Of a stretch of 64,000 nucleotides of DNA, positions 9,878-19,265 are shown piece after piece. A program made the position numbers and the translations under genes. The stretch comes from an uncultured delta proteobacterium (GTDB lineage: Bacteria > Desulfobacterota > Binatia > UBA9968), in the NCBI GenBank assembly GCA_963804165.1, contig CAWDPO010000024.1:1-64000 (forward strand), in the 5' to 3' direction. The notes below the pieces were generated by a model. That model was not told the origin of the DNA. It saw nothing but the letters and a program-made list of their open reading frames with translations, and ran no database searches. How positions within the stretch are numbered: position 1 is the stretch's first letter; every line of letters begins with the position of its first letter.

Positions 9878-11575
9878 TTACTTTTTCTTCGGGTAGAAAT
9901 ATTCATAATTCCCGCCGTTCACTTTCTTCATCACGTCGGTGAAGGTCTTCCACGGATCCTTAGCGTAGTCCGCGTATTTGCCGGGCGCCGTGATGCCGGG
10001 GATGTGCGGCACCCAGTCTTCTGCCAGCACTTCGTTGGGCTCACCGTAGCGCGAGGCCAACGCCCGAATTTCCGGGCTCTTGTAGGCCGTGAGCTCACCT
10101 TTGTCGATGATCGTAATCCAACTGTTCTTTGTGCCGCGCACCCGACCGCGATAGGTGACCATCATATTGTGGATATGCCACCAGTGGTCTTTGGGCAGGC
10201 CATTTTGCTTCGGGAAATCAATCCAAGCTTTTGACTCTTCCGGCTTGTCGGGATCGTGCACCACGCTGCCGCCGAAGCCCCAGTGGATCACGCCGGAATT
10301 GTTGCGCTCCGACGTGTTGTTCCCTTCCATGTTTTCGTCGGGCCGTTTGAAAAATTTCGGATTGGTGCCGAGACCGGCTTCGTAAAACCACCAGTAGCCG
10401 GGTTTGTCTTGATAAGGATACGTCGCTTCGTTGATTTTGGGATACTTGTAAAACTCGCGCCACAGGTCGCCGTAGACGCCGCCGCCTTTGACGTCGGTGA
10501 CGTAGCCGTCTTTGACGTGAACTTCGATGCGCGGATATGAGCCCGTGTGGTTGCTTGTGCCGGCAAAGACGCCGTTTACCTTAGTCTGCAGCGGCGCGTT
10601 CCATTTTTTTTGGATCGCAGGGTAATCAACGACGGAATAAGGGAAACGTCCGGTCGCCTGATACGGCGACATGAAGAGATGACCTTGGTTGTACGCGCCC
10701 GAGGCCCAGATCTTTGCTTCTTCTTCGGTTAATTCGAAATGCATGTTCGTGCCTTCGGGATCGAAGGCTTCGACCCGATCGAGCCAGGCGAGCGATTCGA
10801 GCACGCGCTCTTCCGCCAACCGCCAGACGTCGCCTGGGAACGTGGACGCCTTATTCATCAGCTCGTAGCGATTGTCGAAGATGAAATTGCCGAAGAACTT
10901 TGCGCTATGTTGCTTGAGCAACCGCGCCGTGCGCGGCCGGCCGCCGCGGCGCCAAAAGACCGCTTTGATATCTGAATGCTGATCCAGATATTTAATCATG
11001 GCCTCGGCCACTGTCGGTCCGCCGAACTGTTTTGCCAGCTCCCGCTGTTTCTGCGGCACTTCGTCGCCTTTGGTGTAAATCGCGTTGTAGAGATCCGGGC
11101 GGCGCTCCTTGAGCCATTTCTTCGGCACCTCGGCATCGACGAACAGATCGTCGATCCAGCGCCTGACTTCCATGTAGCCTTGTTCCGATGTGAACCAGCG
11201 CATCGCCTTCAACGCCTTTAGCGCTTCTTCTTTGTTCACTCCCAGCAACTCGTGCTCGGACACGATGGAGACTTTCACACCGCGCTCTTCGTAGGCGCGC
11301 TTGATCGCTTGCATCACCATTGAGTCGGCGCCGACTTCCGCAACGATCAACGCCGCCGTGCCTTTTTCGACCAGACCGAGCGGCGTGCGGCCGCCGGTCT
11401 GCCGCACGGCTGCGCGGGCGAAAGGCATGATGTCGTCAATGGATTTGGGCGGCTTCAAATACGAAGGAAATCGCGGCGCAGGATACTTTTTGCTCTCGGC
11501 CGCACGGATGAAATTCGCAGCGACTAACGACGAGAGCGTGGACACGATCACGAACACGAAAATCCGACGGATCAT
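9878..11575 (-). CDS. Secreted hypothetical protein, paralogue B (M29/NicX-like fold, inferred), 565 aa
   Basis: Signal peptide from MIRRIF; DPEGTN, YEAGLGTNPK, ERNNSGVIHWGFG and HWWHIHN motifs; GAGGAG RBS. Confidence 0.8.
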   Translation of the reverse strand: MIRRIFVFVIVSTLSSLVAANFIRAAESKKYPAPRFPSYLKPPKSIDDIMPFARAAVRQTGGRTPLGLVEKGTAALIVAEVGADSMVMQAIKRAYEERGVKVSIVSEHELLGVNKEEALKALKAMRWFTSEQGYMEVRRWIDDLFVDAEVPKKWLKERRPDLYNAIYTKGDEVPQKQRELAKQFGGPTVAEAMIKYLDQHSDIKAVFWRRGGRPRTARLLKQHSAKFFGNFIFDNRYELMNKASTFPGDVWRLAEERVLESLAWLDRVEAFDPEGTNMHFELTEEEAKIWASGAYNQGHLFMSPYQATGRFPYSVVDYPAIQKKWNAPLQTKVNGVFAGTSNHTGSYPRIEVHVKDGYVTDVKGGGVYGDLWREFYKYPKINEATYPYQDKPGYWWFYEAGLGTNPKFFKRPDENMEGNNTSERNNSGVIHWGFGGSVVHDPDKPEESKAWIDFPKQNGLPKDHWWHIHNMMVTYRGRVRGTKNSWITIIDKGELTAYKSPEIRALASRYGEPNEVLAEDWVPHIPGITAPGKYADYAKDPWKTFTDVMKKVNGGNYEYFYPKKK

Positions 11576-11592
11576 CTCAGCTCCTCTCGACC

Positions 11593-11621
11593 TTGAACTT
11601 TTGAACGTTTGAACCTTGAAC
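11593..11621 (-). repeat. GTTCAA 7-8 nt tandem mini-repeat (4 units)
   Basis: TTGAACTTTTGAACGTTTGAACCTTGAAC between paralogues A and B. Confidence 0.75.
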
Positions 11622-11631
11622 GCGCCAGGCG

Positions 11632-13332
11632 CTATTGTTTCGCCTTGATCGGCGGATAAAATCCCTCGTAGTTCCCGCCTTGAATTCGCTTGATTACTCC
11701 GGAGATGGTTTTCCACGGATCTCTTGCATAGTCCTCATACTTGCCCGGCGCGTTGATGCCCGGCAGATGCGGCGCCCAATCGTCGCTCAGTACCTCGCGC
11801 GGATCGCCGTAGCGCGAGGCCAGTGCGCGGATCTCTGGGCTCTTAAATGCGGTCAGCTCACCTTTGTCGATGATGGTGATCCAAGCGCTTTTGGTGCCGC
11901 GCACCTTCACCCGATAGGTCGGCATCAGATTGTGAATGTGCCAGCCGTGATCGTCGGGGAGATTGGCCGTTTTGGTAAATTCCGTCCACTCTTTCGGCAG
12001 CAGCGCTTCCTTGGGCCCGTGCAGCATATTCAAACCGAAACCCCAGTGGACCACGCCGGCGTTGTTGCGCTCGGAAATATTATTGCCCTCCATATTTTCA
12101 TCCGGACGTTTGAAGAATTTCGGATTGGTCCCCAAGCCGGCCTCATGCAACCACCAGTAGCCCTTCTCAGGCATGAAGGGATACTGCGCCTCGTTGATCT
12201 GCGGGTATTTCAAAAACTCGCGCCAAAGATCGCCGTAGACGCCGCCGCCCTTCACGTCCTTGACGACTCCGTCTTTTACCGTGACTTCGATGCGCGGATA
12301 GGCGCCGTAATGATTATTTGTCCCGGCGAACACGCCGTTGACTTTGATCAGCACGGGCGCGAGCCAATTTTTGCTCCATGCGGGGTAATCGACTTTGGAA
12401 TAGGGAAAACCGCGCGTCGCCTGGGTCGGATAAAGATAGAGATGCCCCTGTTGATAGGCACCTTCGGCCCACACTGCGGCTTCCTTTTCGGTCAATGAAA
12501 ATGTGAAGTTGGTGCCTTCGGGATCGGTCACATGAACTTGATCGACCCAGGCGAATGATTCGATGACGCGCTCTTCGGCCAGTTTCCACACGTCGCCGGG
12601 AAAACTCGCGGCTTTGTTCATCAACTCCCAGTGATTGTCGAAGATGAAATTGCCAAGGAGTTTTTCACCCTGCTTACCCATCGCTTTGCGGGTATTGGGC
12701 CGGCCGCCGCGGCGCCAAAAAACGCCCTTGATTTCGGGATGAGCTTCCAAATATTTCTCCAGCAAAGCGCCCATGTTTCGCTGCGCCAGTTTGTTGAACA
12801 TCTCCTTGTGCGCCGGCGTAATCACGTCGTCGTCCCGTGAGAACATCGCCTTGTAAATATCCGGCCGGCGCTCGCGCAGCCATTTTTTTGGCACCTCGGG
12901 ATCGGCGAAGCGCTGCGTGATCCAGGGTTTGATCTCCATGTAACCCAGTTCCGACGTGTACCACTTGTTGGCTTTGATCGCCTTCAAAACCTCCTCACGG
13001 TTGACGCCCGCAAGCTCATATTCCGGGATAATGCGCGCTTCGACGCCGCGTTCCTTATAGGCGCGCACGATCGCTTGCAGCACCGTATCGTCGGCGACAG
13101 GCTCGGTGACGAGGCCGATTAACGTCCCTTTTTCGACTAATCCCAACGGCGTCCTGCCGCCGGTCTGGCGCACGGCGGCGCGGGCGAAGGGCATGATGTC
13201 GTCGATCGATTTCGGCGGTTTGACGTAAGACGGAAAACGCGGCGTCGGGTATTTGGTGGTCTCGGCCGCGCCAAGCGGTAAAACCCACACCAGTGAAACC
13301 AGAAATACCAGAACAGCCATCGTCGACTTCAT
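11632..13332 (-). CDS. Secreted hypothetical protein, paralogue A (M29/NicX-like fold, inferred), 566 aa
   Basis: Signal peptide MKSTMAVLVFLVSLVWVLPLGAA; HEAGLGTNPK, ERNNAGVVHWGFG and HGWHIHN motifs; GGAGG RBS. Confidence 0.8.
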   Translation of the reverse strand: MKSTMAVLVFLVSLVWVLPLGAAETTKYPTPRFPSYVKPPKSIDDIMPFARAAVRQTGGRTPLGLVEKGTLIGLVTEPVADDTVLQAIVRAYKERGVEARIIPEYELAGVNREEVLKAIKANKWYTSELGYMEIKPWITQRFADPEVPKKWLRERRPDIYKAMFSRDDDVITPAHKEMFNKLAQRNMGALLEKYLEAHPEIKGVFWRRGGRPNTRKAMGKQGEKLLGNFIFDNHWELMNKAASFPGDVWKLAEERVIESFAWVDQVHVTDPEGTNFTFSLTEKEAAVWAEGAYQQGHLYLYPTQATRGFPYSKVDYPAWSKNWLAPVLIKVNGVFAGTNNHYGAYPRIEVTVKDGVVKDVKGGGVYGDLWREFLKYPQINEAQYPFMPEKGYWWLHEAGLGTNPKFFKRPDENMEGNNISERNNAGVVHWGFGLNMLHGPKEALLPKEWTEFTKTANLPDDHGWHIHNLMPTYRVKVRGTKSAWITIIDKGELTAFKSPEIRALASRYGDPREVLSDDWAPHLPGINAPGKYEDYARDPWKTISGVIKRIQGGNYEGFYPPIKAKQ

Positions 13333-13407
13333 GTGAACCTCCACGGAGTTCGTAGCTTTCGCCAGTCGAACCAACAGGTAGTTGAATTAGATCTGGAAAT
13401 GATTTGG

Positions 13408-13456
13408 AATCTAGTGATTTTGCAGACGGCTTGTCAAGCGAATTTCGCTGGTCGTC
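13408..13456 (-). promoter_or_regulatory. Sigma70-type promoter of the paralogue operon (copy 1 of a 49-bp duplicated block)
   Basis: TTGACA-18 nt-TAGATT on minus strand; 43/49 identical to 18962-19010. Confidence 0.7.
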
Positions 13457-13566
13457 GAGAGTCTTTTTCAAAAACCATTTCTCAGCCGGAGGCTAAATGC
13501 GCGGGAAGCGAAACGAAAAAAATATTCTCCTCGACGTATCGTGGAATGCGAATGATATTTTGCGCC

Positions 13567-14681
13567 TTACTTGCCAAGAATTTTTTCAGCGAACTCCGCC
13601 GCCGGCCTTCGAACCTTAATGACCTTATCTTCGAGATGGTTTCTCAGCCTGTGATAGTCCGCAAGAGTCATAACGTCCTTGGCGGCGTCGACGCCGATCT
13701 GGCGCATCCATTTGGTATCTACATCCAAACGGCGAGTCGCCTGCTTCATGACCTTCGCGTAAAACTCTTGGCCTTCTTTGCTGAGAAACCAGTTGACGAA
13801 TACTCTCATTGCATTCGGATGGGGCGGATTCTTGACGATTCCAAGCACGCCGTAGCCGCTGCTCGCCGGCAGTCCTTCCTTGGGTGTCGGAAGTTCCTTG
13901 ATCGGCAGGCCGGCGTTAAGAAACGGCTCGTATTCGGAGCGGCCGAGGCCGATGGTCACTGCCAGCTTTCCTTTCGCGAGCGAATCTGCAACCTGGCGAA
14001 GATTGCGGCTCAGGAAAAGTTCTTGTTGCACGAGTTTCTTAAGGTAATCCTCGCCCTTGACCTCCCACATGAAAGACCACAAGGAGATTCCGGACCCGCC
14101 GATGCGCGGATCATTCAAACCGATTTTGCCCTTCCACTTGGGATTGAGAAGATCGTCGAAAGAGCGTAGCTCGTCCGCTTTCGCCAAATCAGCATTGTAG
14201 AACAACCCTTCGGTGCCGGCGTTGGCGACGAATGAATAAAGGAAACGATTGGTCTTTAAGTTATCGTTCCAGATATGGCCGCCCCACCAGTTTTTGGGAT
14301 CTTTCACCTCGGGTAAAATCATATAGGCGCTCACGGCGTCCAGCATGCCATTGTCTTGCAGAGACATCGCCGTCGTCGTTCCTTGAATCAAGCCGTCAAT
14401 GGTGCGCACGCCGGCGTTATACTCCGAAGCGATCCGGTTTGCCGAGTCGGCACCGCGCGACACCAGCAGTTCGGCATCGATGCCGAACTTTTGTTTTAAC
14501 AAGGGCTCCAGTTCCTTTCTTAATTCAGCGCTGGGCGGAATCGCCAACACGATCTTACCCTCGGTCTTAGCCTTTTGCAGCGCCGACTCCCACTCGCTGC
14601 GCCATTCGGCTGCGTTCGCTAGCCGGAACGCGACGAAAATGGCTAGGCCGTCGCGAACAGAGAAACTATTGTCTTCGTCAT
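13567..14681 (-). CDS. Extracellular solute-binding protein (Fe3+/thiamine-type ABC SBP); frameshift in signal peptide near 14645
   Basis: AKTEGKIVL, DDLLNPKWKGKI and PHPNAMRVFVNWFLSKEGQ motifs; ATG at 14681 with AGGAG RBS, one base out of frame. Confidence 0.8.
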
Positions 14682-14839
14682 GCTTTTCTCCTGGATTGAC
14701 AAATCTGTCTCATAAAGACTACAAGTCCCCGCCGAAAAATCTCGTCGGCTTGGATAGTTTGAGTCCGCCGCACGCAAAGAATCGCCGCTGGGCGCGATCG
14801 CGGCGACACGGCGCGCATAATCTGTTGATGATGGAAATG

Positions 14840-14867
14840 GGACGGAGCCGCGCCGGCGGCTCCGTCC
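14840..14867. terminator. Perfect GC-rich hairpin (12-bp stem, 4-nt loop); terminator or REP-like
   Basis: GGACGGAGCCGC-GCCG-GCGGCTCCGTCC downstream of the deacetylase stop. Confidence 0.55.
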
Positions 14868-14913
14868 AAAGATTCGAGGCTAATGAGACAAGATCGAACC
14901 GCTGTCCTCGCTG

Positions 14914-15783
14914 CTATTTCATCGCCATCGCGCGCGCGCCGTAGCTCACGCCTGAAGACGGTTTGATTCCAGCGCACTCAAGGACTCGTCTCGCCACTTC
15001 TTCCGTCGTCGCAAACCAGATGCCTTCGTGCTTCTTCACGTAAGCCATCAGTTCATCGAAAACCTCGATCCGGCCGGGTCGGCCGACCAGAAACGGGTGC
15101 AACGAAAACTGGCAATAGGTGTGGAACGATTTGGATTCCGCATAGAACGTGTCGAAGGATTTTTTCCAGATGGATAGCGCGTCGTCGGGGTCCGCGGTTT
15201 TTCCACCCTGAAAAATGAACATGTCGCCGAACGGTTGGCGCGGCACTTCGACGATGAGTCGGTCGCCGTCCTTCAGAAGATACGGCAGATCGTGCGAAAA
15301 GGAATTGCTGTTCCAAATAAAACCCTGACCGATGCCCAAGTCGGGAGTGAGATGACTTTGGAAGCAGCAGCGCCAACCATTGATCTTTTCGCCCGTAAGA
15401 CCGGTTAAAACCTCGACCGTCTTGCGCATGGTTTCGACTTCTTCTTCCGGCGTCAGCCTCCAGGCTTTTTCATGGTGATAGCCATGCCCGGCAACATCAT
15501 GACCGGCGGCGTGGATCGCTCGAACCGTATCCGGAAACCGCTCCGCCAAGGCGCCGCAGATGACAAACGTCGCTTTGAGATTATATTTCTCCAATACCCG
15601 TAAGACTCGCCAGATTCCCACCCGCGGTCCATATTCGCGCCGGGCATATTCTTCGGCGTCGATGCGGCCTTTTGAATCCGGCTCCAATCCTTCGGCGCCC
15701 TGGTAGTTGAATACCAGATTCACCGCGCACCGATACGGCTCCGGCCATTTGAGCTTTTCCCCGAGAAAAATCTCTTGCAGCAT
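14914..15783 (-). CDS. Polysaccharide deacetylase family (PuuE-like) hydrolase
   Basis: EYGPRVGIWRVL, ATFVI, GHDVAGHGYHH, LHPFLVGRPGR motifs. Confidence 0.85.
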   Translation of the reverse strand: MLQEIFLGEKLKWPEPYRCAVNLVFNYQGAEGLEPDSKGRIDAEEYARREYGPRVGIWRVLRVLEKYNLKATFVICGALAERFPDTVRAIHAAGHDVAGHGYHHEKAWRLTPEEEVETMRKTVEVLTGLTGEKINGWRCCFQSHLTPDLGIGQGFIWNSNSFSHDLPYLLKDGDRLIVEVPRQPFGDMFIFQGGKTADPDDALSIWKKSFDTFYAESKSFHTYCQFSLHPFLVGRPGRIEVFDELMAYVKKHEGIWFATTEEVARRVLECAGIKPSSGVSYGARAMAMK

Positions 15784-15904
15784 ACCGACCTCCTTTGGCT
15801 TCGATAATTCGACGACGTGCAGAGAGTAGCTTTTTTGCGTCCGCTTTGTAAAGCGAAGCCTCGCTTGCAGGGTCTTTAATTTGCGCCGCAGCGATGTCGT
15901 TCAC

Positions 15905-17041
15905 CTACGCGGCCTTTGTTCCCTTCAATGACGTATCGAGAAACTTCTGCACTTCATCCACATCCATCCACTCAGTATCCCACAGCCGAAAGTATTGCAC
16001 GCCGTCCTTGCGGCGCGAAAGCGGCGGCACGTCGTCCTTTGGGATATCGATCCTCGCCGAATCGCAGCTCCCCTGACTTTTCTGAAAAGAGATTTGACCT
16101 TCGCGGGACATCAGCCAGTTGAGAAAAAGTCTCGCCCCGTGGGGATTGGCGGGCTTATCCATGAGCATGAAGCTGGAAGCGGCCGTCTCGACCACCGGCG
16201 CTTCCTTCATGCGCCGCGGGTCCAAAATATCCACCGGCAGCTTTTGTTCTTTCGCACGCAAGACTTCACGCGGAGAGGTGAAAAGTAAGAAAGCCAGTTT
16301 CCCTTGCGCGAGCCAATCCACCGCCTGGCGCGGGTCCTGGCTCAGCACAAGGTCCATTTCGGTCAACAAACGTTTGAAAAATGGCGGCCCGAGTTCCGGG
16401 TGAAAATAAATCAGCCTGCCGCCCTCGCGACCGCCGGCGGCGCGCGGGTCCATGGAGCCGATCTTGCCTTTCCACTTCGGATTTAGAATGTCGCCAAAGG
16501 ACGTCAGATCTCCAGGTTTCACGAGGTCGGTGTTGTACGACACCATGTCGATGTGCACGCTGACGCACGGCGACAGAATGTACTTCCCTTCGGGGTCGGC
16601 GTATTGGTGCTTTCCCTGCCACCATTTTGATCGGTCCGTCACCTCCGGCAAGATCAGCGCGCCGTCGACGGGCTGCAGTGGAAATGGCTGGGCCCGATAG
16701 AGGGCGGAGGCGGAACCGGTGCCGAGTTTTGCCACATCCGCAAGATATTTGCCGGCTCTTCTCTCCGTCATCAGCCGCGTCACCAGTTGACCCGATCGTC
16801 CGGTAACCACCACAACTTTGATTTTGGAAAACCTCTTTTGAAAGTCATTGACGCTGCCTTCGAGCCCTTCGTTGACATAAAGAACAATCTGGCCTTCTTT
16901 CTCCGCGGCTTGAACCGTTTTGCTCCATTCTTCTTGCCACGCGGCTGCGCTCGCGGCCCATGCCGCGGCAAAACCGCCGAATTGCGCTAAGAGAAACGGA
17001 ACCGCGATGCTGGTTGACGATAGCGAGGATAAATTCTTCAC
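15905..17041 (-). CDS. Extracellular solute-binding protein (Fe3+/thiamine-type)
   Basis: AAEKEGQIV, DILNPKWKGKI, NPHGARLFLNWLMSREGQ; signal peptide. Confidence 0.85.
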   Translation of the reverse strand: MKNLSSLSSTSIAVPFLLAQFGGFAAAWAASAAAWQEEWSKTVQAAEKEGQIVLYVNEGLEGSVNDFQKRFSKIKVVVVTGRSGQLVTRLMTERRAGKYLADVAKLGTGSASALYRAQPFPLQPVDGALILPEVTDRSKWWQGKHQYADPEGKYILSPCVSVHIDMVSYNTDLVKPGDLTSFGDILNPKWKGKIGSMDPRAAGGREGGRLIYFHPELGPPFFKRLLTEMDLVLSQDPRQAVDWLAQGKLAFLLFTSPREVLRAKEQKLPVDILDPRRMKEAPVVETAASSFMLMDKPANPHGARLFLNWLMSREGQISFQKSQGSCDSARIDIPKDDVPPLSRRKDGVQYFRLWDTEWMDVDEVQKFLDTSLKGTKAA

Positions 17042-17051
17042 GCGCTGAGGG

Positions 17052-17774
17052 TTACCATGTATTCCAGCGTTCGCCGCGCTTGATCAGCCGTTCATAGAAA
17101 TTCCATTCCGGGGAACGCGGCGGCCTGGAACCTCTTGCCGTCACTCTCTCCGCCTCAACTTGCTCATACTTCTTCACCACGACCCGGGGAATCGGACTCG
17201 CTTTCCCGACGCTCTGTGCCCACAGGAGCATCTTTGCCGTGCGCTCCAGATGAACCGTGTTGAGACAAGCTTCTTGGATCGTATTGCCGATAACGTTGGC
17301 CCCGTGTCCTTTCATCATCAGCGCGAAACTTTTGCCCATCGCCTTGGTCGCTCGCTCGCCGTCTTCATGATAGGTGCCGTAAAGCCATGGGCTCACCGGC
17401 ACTCCTTTGCCGAACTTGATCGAATGCTGATGGATCGGCACGATTTTCTTGCCGGTCGCGATCAGCGAAACCGCCACCGGTGGATGACAGTGAATCACGG
17501 CGCCGGTATCCGGACGCTTTCGGAATAGTGAGGTGAAGAAAAAGATTTCCGCCGGCGGATCGCGCCGGCCGGAAATCCTTTTGCCGTCGAAATCGTATTC
17601 GAGGATTTCATCGTCAGCAAGGTCGGGGTCGAAGGGTGGCCGCATCGGCATGATGAGAAAACTATCGCCGCGCGGCGAGCGACAGCTCACATGTCCCCAC
17701 ATGTCCGCCAATTCCCATCGCAGGATTTGCACCGCGGTCGATAATTTATCTTTGAGTTCTTCGTTGTCGCTCAT
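17052..17774 (-). CDS. Class II aldolase/adducin family protein
   Basis: WGHVSCR, AVIHCHP and LMMKGHGANV Zn-binding motifs. Confidence 0.85.
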   Translation of the reverse strand: MSDNEELKDKLSTAVQILRWELADMWGHVSCRSPRGDSFLIMPMRPPFDPDLADDEILEYDFDGKRISGRRDPPAEIFFFTSLFRKRPDTGAVIHCHPPVAVSLIATGKKIVPIHQHSIKFGKGVPVSPWLYGTYHEDGERATKAMGKSFALMMKGHGANVIGNTIQEACLNTVHLERTAKMLLWAQSVGKASPIPRVVVKKYEQVEAERVTARGSRPPRSPEWNFYERLIKRGERWNTW

Positions 17775-17807
17775 GATGCACCATCTGTCTATTTTCCCAA
17801 TTGAGAT

Positions 17808-18917
17808 TCATCGCTTGATCAAGCGCTCCGCCGCGGCTAACGCCGGCTTGCGAACCGCGTCCTGCTTTTCTTCGGTGTGACCCTCGAGGCGATGATATTG
17901 CTCCACGCTCATGAATTCCCGCGCCGGCCTGACCGCATAGGGCTCTTTCGGCACCTCGACATCGAGACGCCGCGTCGGTTCCCCGATGGCATTTTGATAG
18001 GTCTCCTGTCCTTCTTTACTCAACAGCCAATTGATGAAGAGCTTGGCGGCGTTGGGATGAGGCGGATCCTTGATCACCGCGAGCACGCCGGAGCCGGTAA
18101 CAGGATAAATGCCGTCTTTGAGTTGCGGCAGCGGCTTGACCGGAAGTCCAGCCTTCACGAAGGACACGAAATTGTCGATGTCCAGACCGATGGTGAGAGC
18201 TACTGTGCCCTTCGCCAAGGCTTCGGCAAGCGGTCTCTCTTCGGCCATGATCAGCAAATTTTGCTGCACGAGCTTCTTTAGAAATTCTTCGCCCTTGGTT
18301 TTCCATAAGAAAGTCCAGTTACCTTGTCCAGCACCGCCGCGCCGCGGATCGCTGTAGCCAATCTTGCCTTGCCACTTGGGATGCAAAAGATCGTCGAGCG
18401 AGCGCAACTCTTCCGGTTTCATGAGATCGCTATTGTACCAGAGGGCGTCCTGAACAAAGGCGAGGAATGAATAGCCATAGCGCTTGGTGTTATCCACGTA
18501 CATATGGCCGCCCCACCAGTTTTTCACTTCCCTGACTTCGGGAAGAATGAATTGCGCTTCGACCGGCTCGAGCATGCCGGCCAAACCAAAAATAATTGGC
18601 GCCGATCCTCCCGTATGGACATCCGTGAGTCGAAGCCCCGCTCTAAACTCGTCGGCAATTTTTTTGGCGACGGCTGCGCCACGGCCCGTAAAGAGCTCCA
18701 ACTCGATGCCGTAACGCTTCTCAAAAACCTCCTTCAAGCTCTTCCTCAATTCGGCGCCCGCTGGTATCGAAACGACTACCTTTCCTTCTTTCTTCGCCGC
18801 AGCGACGATTTGCTGCCACTGAGCGGTCTGAGCATCAGCAAGAGAGGAAACTCCGATGCTCAAAAGGACCAGCCAAGCCTGTCTCGGAGGGATGATAAAT
18901 TTATGCCGCTTTGCCAC
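17808..18917 (-). CDS. Extracellular solute-binding protein (Fe3+/thiamine-type)
   Basis: AAKKEGKVVV, DDLLHPKWQGKI, PHPNAAKLFINWLLSKEGQ; paralogue of 13567..14681. Confidence 0.85.
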   Translation of the reverse strand: MAKRHKFIIPPRQAWLVLLSIGVSSLADAQTAQWQQIVAAAKKEGKVVVSIPAGAELRKSLKEVFEKRYGIELELFTGRGAAVAKKIADEFRAGLRLTDVHTGGSAPIIFGLAGMLEPVEAQFILPEVREVKNWWGGHMYVDNTKRYGYSFLAFVQDALWYNSDLMKPEELRSLDDLLHPKWQGKIGYSDPRRGGAGQGNWTFLWKTKGEEFLKKLVQQNLLIMAEERPLAEALAKGTVALTIGLDIDNFVSFVKAGLPVKPLPQLKDGIYPVTGSGVLAVIKDPPHPNAAKLFINWLLSKEGQETYQNAIGEPTRRLDVEVPKEPYAVRPAREFMSVEQYHRLEGHTEEKQDAVRKPALAAAERLIKR

Positions 18918-18961
18918 TGCTGCTCACCTCGAAGCCAATCGAATCAAAAATCAATCGAGAA

Positions 18962-19010
18962 AATCTACTGACTTTGAAGACGGCTTGTCAAGGGAATTTC
19001 GCTTGGCGTC
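18962..19010 (-). promoter_or_regulatory. Sigma70-type promoter (copy 2 of the 49-bp duplicated block)
   Basis: TTGACA-18 nt-TAGATT; 43/49 identical to 13408-13456. Confidence 0.7.
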
Positions 19011-19265
19011 CAAAGACAAGATGGTTCTTAGGTCTGCCTCCGCCGCATCACAAACTTGATACAGCAGTTGGTGTCGCGGTGATTTCTCGTAGTGTCGCTA
19101 CGCTCGCGCTCGCCGAAAAAATCGTCCAACGAGCCACAATGGCGGATAATACCTTGTGCAGAAAAGCTCGGCTCTCTGAAAAATGACTCGGTGGAATTTT
19201 CGGCAAAATCGCTTGCGTGAGTGATTCTATTCGAGTATCGTTCGCGGGTCAGCAGGTTTTTTGTG

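Noticed and set aside
14643-14645. TAG in the SBP leader as pyrrolysine or read-through
   Set aside because: The downstream coding sequence is in a different frame, so this is an indel, not read-through.
14678-14977. 99-aa ORF or RiPP precursor near the paralogue operon
   Set aside because: It overlaps the deacetylase end, runs through a hairpin and shows no leader/core pattern. No convincing precursor peptide was found.
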